A stretch of 64,000 nt of DNA from a phage, in the sequence record OZ346187.1. One strand, given 5' to 3'. Numbering within the stretch: position 1 is the first letter of the stretch; the number at the start of each line of letters is the position of its first letter. The position numbers and the translations under genes were made by a program. Under the pieces are notes generated by a model that did not search any database, had not been told where the DNA came from, and was given only the letters and a program-made list of their open reading frames with translations. Shown piece after piece: positions 29,238-39,400 of the stretch.

Positions 29238-30607
29238 TGGAAAAAGGGCAGTATGACGTAGGCACAGATGCTGCCCTCATTGCAATCATGAGTGGTGAGA
29301 ATGTCTTCGTTTCAGGACCTGCAGGTTGTGGGAAGACGTATCTCATCAACATGATCCAGTCAATGTATGGAGACTCTTGCATAACGGTTGCCCCGACAGG
29401 GGTAGCCGCTTTAAACGTTAATGGAGCAACAGCACACCGAACATTCGATCTTGCAGCAGGTGTGAGCATGGAGTCGGACTGGACCGCAATAAGGGCAAAA
29501 ACAGCAAAGCCTTTGAAAAGCAAGGCATTTACCATCCTAATTATCGATGAAATCTCTATGATCCGTGCTGATAAGTTTATAGAGATGGATAGGAAACTCC
29601 GCTTCCTTCGAAAAAATGACAAACCTTTCGGAGGCATACAGGTCATATTGTTTGGCGATTTTTACCAGGCACCTCCTGTTGTCTCTTCTATGGAGAAGGA
29701 AGCCTACTTCAACTTCTACCATACGGACCTGTGTTGCTACACCGAATCTTGGAAAGAGCTTGACCTCCACAACATAGCCCTAATAGATCAGTTCCGACAG
29801 GAGTCTATTCGATTTGCCACAATGCTCAACTGTGTTCGTGAGGGTCGTCGCATAAAAGAGGTTGTAGCAGAACTTAATGCTCGCTGTTACAAAGGTGGTG
29901 TACCAACAGATGCTCTCACAATTTGCGCCACCAACAAACAAGCAGAGGAAGTAAACAGAAGGTTCTATGATGCCATCAACGCCCCAGAGAAGGTATACAC
30001 TGGTGAAATGAAGGGTAAGTTTCCCTCCACCCTGCCAGTTGAGCAGGAGATGAAGTTGAAAATTGGCATGAAAGTTATGATAACCGCCAACGATGTTGAC
30101 CCGACGCACAAAGTACCTTATTATGTTAACGGAACACGTGCCACAATTGTTAAATTTAAGAACAAGGCGGTGGTGGTAGAGCTTGAAGATGGAACACAGG
30201 TTGACATAGAGCAGAGGTTGTGGGAGAATAACGAGTATAAGCCCTCTCAGAGATACAACATTGCAGAAAGGAAGATGGAGAAGTTTATAGAGAGGGTAGT
30301 GATTGGGTCATACAAGCAACTTCCTCTGAAATCTGGGTACGCCGTAACATCTCATAAAAGTCAAGGACTTACGCTAGATTGTTACAACCTAGACCTTGGA
30401 AAGAACGGAGCTTTCTCTCCTGGGATGACGTATGTCGCTTTGAGTAGAGTTAAGACAATACAAGGAATAAACTTGTTGCGTCCCCTAAGAGAAGTTGACA
30501 TTATTGTTGACCCGCGAGTAGTAGAGTTTTACAATACAACATTCCCTGACTTAGACAAAATTGTCAGGAAAGATTTTGAAACCAGAGCAGAAGAGGGGGA
30601 CGTATGA
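29237..30607 (+). CDS. Pif1/RecD-family SF1 DNA helicase (456 aa)
   Basis: Motifs I GPAGCGKT, Ia VAPTGVAALN, II IIDEISMI, III LFGDFYQAPPV, V VTSHKSQGLT, VI YVALSRVK. Confidence 0.85.
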   Translation: MEKGQYDVGTDAALIAIMSGENVFVSGPAGCGKTYLINMIQSMYGDSCITVAPTGVAALNVNGATAHRTFDLAAGVSMESDWTAIRAKTAKPLKSKAFTILIIDEISMIRADKFIEMDRKLRFLRKNDKPFGGIQVILFGDFYQAPPVVSSMEKEAYFNFYHTDLCCYTESWKELDLHNIALIDQFRQESIRFATMLNCVREGRRIKEVVAELNARCYKGGVPTDALTICATNKQAEEVNRRFYDAINAPEKVYTGEMKGKFPSTLPVEQEMKLKIGMKVMITANDVDPTHKVPYYVNGTRATIVKFKNKAVVVELEDGTQVDIEQRLWENNEYKPSQRYNIAERKMEKFIERVVIGSYKQLPLKSGYAVTSHKSQGLTLDCYNLDLGKNGAFSPGMTYVALSRVKTIQGINLLRPLREVDIIVDPRVVEFYNTTFPDLDKIVRKDFETRAEEGDV

Positions 30608-30945
30608 GTTTGTGGAGAAATATCGTTAACTACGTGTGTGGCAATCCGACTCCTGAAGAGAAGGATGTTGTGATTCACGATTTTACTAAAAGATCTCGTG
30701 AAAAAGATTTACTGCTAACAAAGGTGACCGATAAAGATCCTGCAGTAGGGGACTGGGCAGGTTTTGCGTTTACATCGGACAAATACACCTTTAACAAAGG
30801 TGACTACCTTGTTGTGGATTTTAACGAAGACATTGAGGGTGCTGAACCTTACTATCAAACCCTTATTGTTGCAGGGTGTGTTAATCTCTCTGCAGGTATG
30901 CACAGTTTGATTCTTTTTGAGCTTGACTCTGAAGACCTTGAGTAG
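30604..30945 (+). CDS. hypothetical protein (113 aa)
   Basis: ATG overlapping helicase stop. Confidence 0.45.
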   Translation: MSLWRNIVNYVCGNPTPEEKDVVIHDFTKRSREKDLLLTKVTDKDPAVGDWAGFAFTSDKYTFNKGDYLVVDFNEDIEGAEPYYQTLIVAGCVNLSAGMHSLILFELDSEDLE

Positions 30946-30962
30946 TAAGATGTGAGTATAAA

Positions 30963-30980
30963 GGGGAGGCACTCCTCCCC
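30963..30980 (+). other. GC-rich hairpin (ggggagg-cact-cctcccc) without U-tract
   Basis: Perfect 7-bp stem between 30945 and 31007; possible processing or attenuation element. Confidence 0.3.
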
Positions 30981-31006
30981 ACAAAAACTAAGGAGAGCAC
31001 CAAACG

Positions 31007-32332
31007 ATGAGTAAAACCAAATTAGAACTAACCTGGATAGGTAAAAACGAGCGCAAAAAGTTAGAGCCGCACATTTTGTTAGAAGATTCTAGCAAGTCTT
31101 ACCACAGCCAGAAAGTGACCGAAAACGATATTTTTGATAATAAACTGATTTTTGGAGATAACTTATTAGCATTGAAGGCGCTAGAGCAAGAGTATGCAGG
31201 CAAAGTGAAGTGTGTTTACATAGACCCACCATTCAATACTGGAAGGGCTTTTGAGCACTACGATGATAGCCTTGAGCATTCCATTTGGCTGGGCTTAATG
31301 AGGGATAGGTTAGAAATAATTCGTAATCTTCTAAGTGATGATGGGGTAATATTCGTTCACTTAGATGATTGCGAAATGGCGTATTTAAAAGTTTTGATGG
31401 ACGAGATTTTTGGTCGTGCAAATCAGTTAAATACCATATCGATGACCACAAATTCCCCTTCGGGATTTAAGGCAACAGGAGCCACAGTTTTCTCCACAGC
31501 AAACTTTTTGCTTGTATATGCAAAAGATCGCACCCAGAAACCGCTTAACAAAATCTATATACCTAAAGGGTATGATACAGGATATAACAAATACCTATTA
31601 AACCCGGATGACCATTATAAAAATTGGACGTGGTGCGGTATTGCCGATGCGTTTGCAAAGGCCAATGGCTATAAAGATGCAAAAGAGGCCAAGAAAAAAC
31701 TGCCTGATACATTCGATGATGAATTAGCACAATTCGCAATTGATAATGCAGAACGTGTATTTCAATCTGTTGCAATCGGCGGTGGTGCTAAAATAAAGAG
31801 AAAAGAAACTATCGAGAAGTCAAAGAAAGATAGGGATAAGGTTTATGTACATCCAAATGAAGATGTTGAAGGATTTTATATCGTAAATGGTAGGCAAATG
31901 GTCTTTTACTCCAACAGGCTTTTGGAAATTGACGGTGATATGCAACCTGCGGAACTAATAACTGATGTTTGGACAGACATTAGTTGGAATGGAATAGCAA
32001 ATGAAGGCGGCGTTAGTTTCAAAAATGGGAAAAAACCAGAAGCGCTTTTGAAGCGAATTTTCGAAATGTGTACGCGAGAAGGCGATTTGGTATTGGATTC
32101 ATTCGGTGGTTCGGGAACTACTGCTGCTGTAGCTCACAAGATGAAAAGACGTTGGATCTCAATCGAGCTAGGTGATCATTGTCATACCCATATTATTCCG
32201 CGCTTGGAAAAAGTGATCGATGGTGAAGATCAAGGTGGTATTTCTAAGTCTGTAAACTGGGAAGGTGGTGGTGGCTTCCGCTATTACAAACTTACCCCGA
32301 CCTTAATTGCGAAAGATAAGTCTGACCAATAA
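31007..32332 (+). CDS. beta-class DNA N6-adenine/N4-cytosine methyltransferase (441 aa)
   Basis: Catalytic VYIDPPFNTG (motif IV) near the N-terminus and SAM-binding DSFGGSGTTAAVA (motif I) near the C-terminus, the IV-before-I order of beta-class amino-MTases. Confidence 0.8.
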   Translation: MSKTKLELTWIGKNERKKLEPHILLEDSSKSYHSQKVTENDIFDNKLIFGDNLLALKALEQEYAGKVKCVYIDPPFNTGRAFEHYDDSLEHSIWLGLMRDRLEIIRNLLSDDGVIFVHLDDCEMAYLKVLMDEIFGRANQLNTISMTTNSPSGFKATGATVFSTANFLLVYAKDRTQKPLNKIYIPKGYDTGYNKYLLNPDDHYKNWTWCGIADAFAKANGYKDAKEAKKKLPDTFDDELAQFAIDNAERVFQSVAIGGGAKIKRKETIEKSKKDRDKVYVHPNEDVEGFYIVNGRQMVFYSNRLLEIDGDMQPAELITDVWTDISWNGIANEGGVSFKNGKKPEALLKRIFEMCTREGDLVLDSFGGSGTTAAVAHKMKRRWISIELGDHCHTHIIPRLEKVIDGEDQGGISKSVNWEGGGGFRYYKLTPTLIAKDKSDQ

Positions 32333-32345
32333 AGAGTACAATCAA

Positions 32346-32651
32346 ATGATGAAACGTTATAAACCATACACTTTTGAAATCGATTTCGAACTTGACGATA
32401 TGTTCACTGTGGAAGCTCAGGCAGTTGTCCAGTTGCCAGACCCAGAGTGCCGTGATTCTGATGTTGACTATTACGGATTTAGACAAATTACCGATGTGCA
32501 TGTTTACCACAACGGTGAAGAGGTGGACTTCCACCAACTGCCAAACGATTTGCGACACTCAATTTACAAACGTGCAGCCCGTGAACTAGAGTCCTATCTG
32601 GATGCAGCGACGACAGCAGCTGCATTTGCTGAAGAAGTGGGAGGTTTCTGA
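32346..32651 (+). CDS. hypothetical protein (101 aa)
   Basis: First in-frame ATG at 32346 (track TTG 32307 overlaps MTase). Confidence 0.45.
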   Translation: MMKRYKPYTFEIDFELDDMFTVEAQAVVQLPDPECRDSDVDYYGFRQITDVHVYHNGEEVDFHQLPNDLRHSIYKRAARELESYLDAATTAAAFAEEVGGF

Positions 32652-33046
32652 TGATTACAGGTGTGAAGGTTATCCAATACCACTTAACCAAATTGGAAGA
32701 TGCTGAAAAAGAGCTTGCAGAAGTTCTGAATAGTGGATATACTTTGCTATCATGCGCCTGCTCAGACACCTACGCTGTGTGGACACTTATCCGGAAGGAG
32801 GAGCCTGCAGGGATCTTGGTGCCAAACCCTAAGATTATCAGTGAAGTGGATGACTGCTCTCAGGACGGCCTGTCAGAAGGCTGGGAAGTATGGGAAGGTG
32901 GTGAAAACCCTGCACCAGGTAAGTGGGTAAAATACAAACTACGTAGCGGTGCACAGCACGCTGGATACTCTGATAACCTGGACTGGAGTCATTCTTCACC
33001 GGAATCATTGGTAAGTGCATATGATATCGTTGCTTTTCAGGAATAA
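32651..33046 (+). CDS. hypothetical protein (131 aa)
   Basis: ATG overlapping upstream stop, GGAGG RBS. Confidence 0.45.
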   Translation: MITGVKVIQYHLTKLEDAEKELAEVLNSGYTLLSCACSDTYAVWTLIRKEEPAGILVPNPKIISEVDDCSQDGLSEGWEVWEGGENPAPGKWVKYKLRSGAQHAGYSDNLDWSHSSPESLVSAYDIVAFQE

Positions 33047-33058
33047 GGAGAGAGTGTT

Positions 33059-33541
33059 ATGTCAGATTTTATGTGGAAAGTAGGTTATGCCTCTCCTGAA
33101 ATGTGCGAGGCTTGCTTTGTAAAAATAGGCCGCGAGGATATTGACAAAGTGATCTTTAAGTTTCGTGATGTATCTGTGATCGGCAACCGAGTGCTTAAGC
33201 ACTTAAAGAATCTGAAGCTCACCAAAAAGAAGTTCTTCGGACTTTTCGAAGAGAAAGTTGATGCTTGGACCCATTGCATTCAGGAAGCTAAATCTCACTA
33301 CAGTGCTATCGTTACCCCAGAACGGGTAGCCAAGATGGAAGGATTCATCAACAGCACAGAGTTTGAGTGCCTAAAGGCTGCCCTTAATAGTTATCCAAAG
33401 TGCCTCAAACACCTTGACAAGTATGTAGAAAAGGATGGGGAAATGTACCTAACCCTGGACGCATATTATGAGATGCAAGAAATTTTAAATTTAGATTTGA
33501 CATTGGTATCCACCGAGTATACAATAGGTATCCGGGTTTAA
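33059..33541 (+). CDS. hypothetical protein (160 aa)
   Basis: AAGGAGAG RBS. Confidence 0.45.
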   Translation: MSDFMWKVGYASPEMCEACFVKIGREDIDKVIFKFRDVSVIGNRVLKHLKNLKLTKKKFFGLFEEKVDAWTHCIQEAKSHYSAIVTPERVAKMEGFINSTEFECLKAALNSYPKCLKHLDKYVEKDGEMYLTLDAYYEMQEILNLDLTLVSTEYTIGIRV

Positions 33542-33547
33542 CACTAG

Positions 33548-33573
33548 GCCCTGCCCGAAAGGGTGGGGCTTTT
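33548..33573 (+). terminator. rho-independent terminator, GAAA-tetraloop hairpin
   Basis: ccctgccc-gaaa-gggtgggg then cttttt; the same 22-nt core recurs at 44926-44947. Confidence 0.6.
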
Positions 33574-33592
33574 TGCATTAGGAGACAGCAAA

Positions 33593-34357
33593 TTGAAATT
33601 CATCTACAAAGAACACTACCACAAAGGTGTTGTGTGGAGTCTATTTGACGGGTCTGGTGGTGCAGTTATTGACTGGGCAAAAGCTGGGTACCTGTGCCTG
33701 TGCTTTAATGCAGAAGGTGCTGACCACGGCAGTTATGCAGAGGTGATAACCGATCATCCTAACATTCACTATGTGGATTATTGGATTGACCCATGGTTCC
33801 CTCAGGAAACTTTTTGCATGTATCCAGCTCCAGACTTTATTCTTGCATTTCCTCCGTGCACGCATTTAGCGGTATCAGGTGCTGCACATTTTAAGAAAAA
33901 GCTGGCTAAGGATCCTTTGATCCAAATTAATGCTGTAAAGGATGCTCGGGTTGCGGAAGAGTTGGGAGAGATTTACGATTGCCCGTGGCATGTAGAGAAT
34001 CCTGTAGGGGTTATGTCCACACTGTGGCGAAAACCTGATTACCGTTTTCATCCTTCGGATTATGGTGGGTATTTACCGGAGGATGATGTAAACCCCTGGT
34101 TTCCTGAATTTATAGCTCCACGTGATGCCTACCCAAAAATAACTTGCGGCTGGATAGGCAATGGATTTATAATCCCGGCCACAAAACCTGTCCCGCAAAT
34201 AGTTGACGCGGTTAGCGGGTATTCCATGCAACACGCCAAGCTGGGTGGAAAGAGTGCAAGAACGAAGATGATCCGAAGCCTCACGCCACGTGGCTGGGCA
34301 AAAGCCGTATTCTTAGCAAACGAGCCTGTAGTAAGGAGCAGAATTAATGGGAAGTAA
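33593..34357 (+). CDS. DNA cytosine-5 methyltransferase-like protein (254 aa)
   Basis: Probable TTG start at 33593 after AGGAGA; motif I-like LFDGSGG, catalytic Pro-Cys in AFPPCTHLAVSG, motif VI-like HVENPVG; short, target-recognition region unclear. Confidence 0.45.
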   Translation: MKFIYKEHYHKGVVWSLFDGSGGAVIDWAKAGYLCLCFNAEGADHGSYAEVITDHPNIHYVDYWIDPWFPQETFCMYPAPDFILAFPPCTHLAVSGAAHFKKKLAKDPLIQINAVKDARVAEELGEIYDCPWHVENPVGVMSTLWRKPDYRFHPSDYGGYLPEDDVNPWFPEFIAPRDAYPKITCGWIGNGFIIPATKPVPQIVDAVSGYSMQHAKLGGKSARTKMIRSLTPRGWAKAVFLANEPVVRSRINGK

Positions 34358-36425
34358 ATTTATGGCATCTGCATACAACCGTTTCGGTGAGCCAAACCCG
34401 AAAGCAATTAAGTATAAAAGTGGGGGAAGTGTGAAACGAGACTATCGTGATGAAAAAGAGGTTGAAACTGTAGAGACTGTTTTAGAAAATACTAAAATCG
34501 TCCCTGTCCCACAACAAAATATCGGTCTGATGGCTGCACAATATTTTGGTGTGCGATCAGCATTGTCCCAAGAAGACGGTGTGACAGTCACTGCAACATA
34601 TTTCCCATATTACGACCGATACGGAAATCTGTCCGGTTTCAAAAAGCGTGACTGGACTATTCCTAAAGAACAAAGGGGCCACTTCTCCGTTGTTGGCATA
34701 GTAAAGGCCAACTCCCAGATGTTTGGTCAAAAGCTGTGTGCATCTTCCAACAACCGTAAGCAGATTAACGTTTGTGAGGGAGAAGGTGATGTTATTGCAG
34801 CATGGCAGGCTGCATATCAGATACAAGTAAAAGGGATTCTCACCAACGCTAAAGCCCCGGCAAAGGTGAAGCAGTGGGCTAAAGAGGTCCAGGACGGGAT
34901 CGACGCAGTTATCAACGGTGGTGATCTGGCAGGAAAACCCTGCCTGCCTTTTGTTGGAATTAACTGTGGATGTGCAAACGCAGTAGATACTTTTGCAAAC
35001 AATGAGAAGTTTATCCGTAGCTATGGAACAGTTGTGCTGGCAATGGATAACGATGCAGCTAACGAGGTAGAGAAGCAAAAACACGTCATTAAAGGTGTTG
35101 AGGCCACGCACAATATCGCAGCATTTTTGATGGCTGATAACGTTTACCACGTAGAATACCCTGGTGAAGTAAATGACCCTGACGGGGTAAAAGATATCCG
35201 TGACATGCTGAAGGCTAAAAAGCTGGAAGATATTGTCAACATGTTCCGGCACCCTGTTAAATATGTGCCTGATGCTGTGTCGGATTTAGAAGACTTCTCT
35301 ATCGAGTCTTTGCGGAAAAAGACTTCCAACGGGGTAGATATCAGCGCAGAGTTCCCAAAACTGCAAAAAATGCTAAAAGGCTTGCACAAAGGGACACTCG
35401 TAATGCTTACAGGGCCATCAGGGGGCGGTAAAACAACTGTAGCTAAAAAACTGGAACATTGTATTGCAAGATACCTAATGGACCCGACATGCCCGAAGGC
35501 TGATGACTATGAAGAGGATGATCGTCTATGTATGATCCATCTTGAGGAGGACCCAGAGGAAGCAATTAACTCCTTGTATGCAAACCAGTTAGGGTTTGAT
35601 GTTAAAGAGTTTGTTGAAGATCCTAGCCAGTTTTTAACTGATCAAGAACACGCAGAGATTCACCAATCATGGGCAAAAGCTGGAAAAATCAAAGTGTTCA
35701 AACATTTCGGATCTATTCCGGTGGACGAGTTGATTACCAAGCTTAAGCAAATGGTTTGCCTGTACCATTGCCGTTATATTGTGCTGGATCACCTATCCAT
35801 GGTAATTTCAGGGCTTAATGTTAAGGATGAGCGAAAAGAACTGGACATGGCTATGACTCAGCTGGCTGCGTTTTGTAAGCAGTTTAACGTGTTTATCTTG
35901 GTGATCGCTCACCTCAAACGTACAGAGATTGTGCCTCCTAAGGACAAGGATGGTAACCCGTTACCTTTCTGGTATCCTGTGCGAAAAGAGAATTTGCGAG
36001 GATCGGCGGGGCTTGAACAGTTGAGTTGGGTAGTCATAGGTGTCGAGGCCGAAGAAATGGTGGATCGTTCTCGTGGACGTGTCCGTCTGGTAGGTCTTAA
36101 AAACCGTCCAGCAAAAACTCTAGGTATTGCTGACACTTTGGTTATGGACCCGCACACAGGTAAGTTCCATGATGCCAGTAATTGGTACTGGGACAAAGAA
36201 ATGCAAATGTTTACAGACGGAGAAGGTGGGGAGGTTGTTTGGAGACCTCAGGCTATGTTTGAGGATCAGGAGCATGCAGTTGTAGAAACACCTATGGGCA
36301 AGGTTGTGGCTGATAAGGTTGTAACTCCTACTGTTAAGCCTGTTGACACGCAGGAAGACCTCCAGTACGATGATCCATCCTCTGACCCGGTCCCTGGTTT
36401 TGAGGATGATGAAACGCCTTTTTAA
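34347..36425 (+). CDS. DNA primase-helicase (Toprim + P-loop helicase) (692 aa)
   Basis: Toprim-like CEGEGD and VLAMDNDAANE; Walker A LTGPSGGGKTT, Walker B IVLDHLS; acidic C-terminus ...FEDDETPF. Confidence 0.75.
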   Translation: MGSKFMASAYNRFGEPNPKAIKYKSGGSVKRDYRDEKEVETVETVLENTKIVPVPQQNIGLMAAQYFGVRSALSQEDGVTVTATYFPYYDRYGNLSGFKKRDWTIPKEQRGHFSVVGIVKANSQMFGQKLCASSNNRKQINVCEGEGDVIAAWQAAYQIQVKGILTNAKAPAKVKQWAKEVQDGIDAVINGGDLAGKPCLPFVGINCGCANAVDTFANNEKFIRSYGTVVLAMDNDAANEVEKQKHVIKGVEATHNIAAFLMADNVYHVEYPGEVNDPDGVKDIRDMLKAKKLEDIVNMFRHPVKYVPDAVSDLEDFSIESLRKKTSNGVDISAEFPKLQKMLKGLHKGTLVMLTGPSGGGKTTVAKKLEHCIARYLMDPTCPKADDYEEDDRLCMIHLEEDPEEAINSLYANQLGFDVKEFVEDPSQFLTDQEHAEIHQSWAKAGKIKVFKHFGSIPVDELITKLKQMVCLYHCRYIVLDHLSMVISGLNVKDERKELDMAMTQLAAFCKQFNVFILVIAHLKRTEIVPPKDKDGNPLPFWYPVRKENLRGSAGLEQLSWVVIGVEAEEMVDRSRGRVRLVGLKNRPAKTLGIADTLVMDPHTGKFHDASNWYWDKEMQMFTDGEGGEVVWRPQAMFEDQEHAVVETPMGKVVADKVVTPTVKPVDTQEDLQYDDPSSDPVPGFEDDETPF

Positions 36426-36487
36426 TGTTTAACAAAGAGTGGGAGGGGTAGTACAACCGCCTCCCCTTTAAGGAGAACGTTTATACT

Positions 36488-39400
36488 ATGAGTATGTGGA
36501 ATTTTGACTTTGAGGCCTCAGGTCTTCTGGACGAGGAAGATCTTTACTACCATTGTGGCCTGTTTAAAGAGTTGAATAAAAATAATTTTATGTTGTTTTT
36601 GCCTATCAATGATAGATCTCATTACAGTGAAGAGGAGGTTGAAAAAGCAAAACAATTTATGCTGGCAAAGCAAGATATCTATCCTAGCTGCTCTGTCCGT
36701 ATTGCGGATTTCAGCCAGCTTGAATGGTGGTTAACCGGGAACTCCGATTGGTCACCCACATCATTAAGTTGTCACAACTGTTTTAGTTATGACTTTATCT
36801 TGATGGAGAAGCTGTCTGGTATTCATTTTGATATGTTCCGTGATCCCAAGTGTATGGGGACAATCAATAATCATCAGGTGAACCTGTTCGACACTCTGCC
36901 AATGAGTCGTATACTATGGCCCGACAGACCGTTACCTAAAGGATGCCCTGATTCTGTATACAATCCTGTTACAAAACGTATGCAGCAGGTAGGTCCTCAT
37001 GGCCTAATGGCGTGGGGGTACGCTTTAGGAAACCAGAAGGTTAAAATTGATGACTGGAGAAATTTACCTCTGTGGAAGTATGTTGATCGTGTATTCGAGG
37101 ACGTTATCATCCAGGAGCTGCTCTGGAAAGAGCTGGTAGCGGAATCAAAAGGTGTATTCTACGGCAAATCTGACATGCAGAACTTTATGTACGATCCAGC
37201 CAAAGAGAAGCCGAAAGGGTTCAAGAAGATTACCTGGAAGAATGCATTACGCCGAGGCATGCTGCAGCACTTCCTGATGGAGCTGCAGGCCCGTCAGGGT
37301 GTATACTTCGACATAGATGGAGCTATTGCTTTACGTGACCGTTGCGATGCGTGGATGAAAGAAATCGCTGATCGTGTTGAACCACAACTACCTTTAAAAG
37401 AGCTGTCAATGTCTCAGCGGCCCAAGTTCCCTGAAAAGCCGTTTAACCAAGACGGGACAATCTCTAATAATGGTTGGAAATGGTTAAAAGATAAGCTTGG
37501 CTATCCTGTAGACATGAGTGCTTTAGAGTTCAAAGCCCCGCCTAAGCGAGCATTTACCTCTACAGGAGATGTCAGCAAGATGGGGATAAAATGGTGTGAA
37601 GAGATGGGCTGCAAAGACCCCGATAAGATGGCTGATTTCTTGAGAGGCTATATTAAGGGCACCTCCACACCACAACCCTTACCTAAAGAGCTGATGGATC
37701 AGGCAATAAGTGATCTGCAGCAGAAGCGAATGCCTGACTGCAAGATACCTATGAAAATCAGCAATCAGGACGACATCAAGCGATACCTAATCAGTGCTGG
37801 TTGGCTCCCAACAATGTGGAGAACTAAAGATGTAACTAAAGACAGCAAGAAGAAAGCTTTACCTGATGCAGATGTTGATGCACGAGTATATGCATATATG
37901 GACGAGCTTTTGGAGTCAGAGTATTGTGACCTAATTATCAACTTCTGGAACAAAACTGATGCTAAGTTCCAGACAACCGTGCACAAGTTCCGAAGCTTTC
38001 CTAACTCCGAAAGGATTAAAAAGGAAGTATTCGGGAAAATACGTAGAAAAGCCAGGGCACTTATTACTTCTCCGCAACTGAAAGATACGTTTGGACACCT
38101 ATGCCCAAATCTTGAAAAATTGAACGGAGAGATGGCTAAAGATATCGTCTTGTGGTTATCATTGCGAAACCGCAGATCGGTCCTTGATCCAATCAAGGAG
38201 GATAAGGTTGATACTGGTCTTCTTAATCACCCACGTTTGAAGATTGACCATAAGCTTCCTGCTAAAAGCTCTGGATTAACAAACACTTCCAGACAGAAAC
38301 ACAGTATTTGTGCAAACATGCCTAAACCATCTCCTAAAGTGGTTATGGGTAAAGAGATGCGTAGTCTGTGGGGTGTTCCTCCGGGATACTTTGAGATCGG
38401 TATTGACGGGTCCAACTTAGAGCAGCTTATCGGGGCTTGGGGTGCCTTTGAGTTCGACAACGGCCTGTATTATGATGTTGTAAGTAATGGCGATGCACAC
38501 TGTTATTCAGGAGATACACAAATTCTCACGGAGAAAGGGTGGGTGAGGTTTGAAGATCTTGATCCGGGAACACAAGTGTTCCAGTACGATCACAACACCT
38601 CGTCAATGAACCTTGTTACTCCATTAAATTACGTTAAGCGTAGTTATTGTGGGGATATGTATCATTTCCACAACAGTAGTGTGGATTTTATGGTTACAGA
38701 TCAACACAGGATGCTGACTGTGGATCACAGAAGCAATAAATTGTTTGAAGATTTGGCAAAAGACCTGAAAGCAGGTAAAGGGTCTAATTCAGGAAGAAGG
38801 TTTATCCATGCGGCAGAGTTTTATGGGAATACAACCTTATCTCCTGCCCAGGTTAATTTGCTTATTGCTATTCACGATGATGGGCACTTGCATACAAATA
38901 AGGACGGCAGCATCGTGTGCAGGATTCAGGTCGGAAAGGGAAGAAAAGTTGCAACGCTTTTAGATACTTTTTCTGCTCTAAGCCTTAGTTATGTAGAGCA
39001 GAGCGGGAAAACCACAAAAGGGGGCTTACTGGCGAGAAGGTTCCAATTCCACGTTCCGTCCTGGGTATTTGAGTTTTTGGACAACAATAAGGATTTCACC
39101 TATAACCTGATGAACCTTGATAAAGAATCTAAAAACCTGTTTATAGCTTCTTTATCTAACTGGGACGGGTGGGTATCTTCCGAAGGTGGAAAGGTTGCTT
39201 ACTACTCCCAGGCCGAGTGCAGGAAGAAATCTGTAGAGGTGGTGTCTGCGCTGGCTACTCAGTGTGGTTTACGGAATAATACGGTGGCGATTCACAAAAA
39301 AGGTCGTGCCGTGCAGCACAGAATCACAATTGGTAGCAAACAGAGAGCAGGGTTGCTGACACTATCTAAAGAGTCTGTCGAGGTGAGCGGTTCTTTGGTT

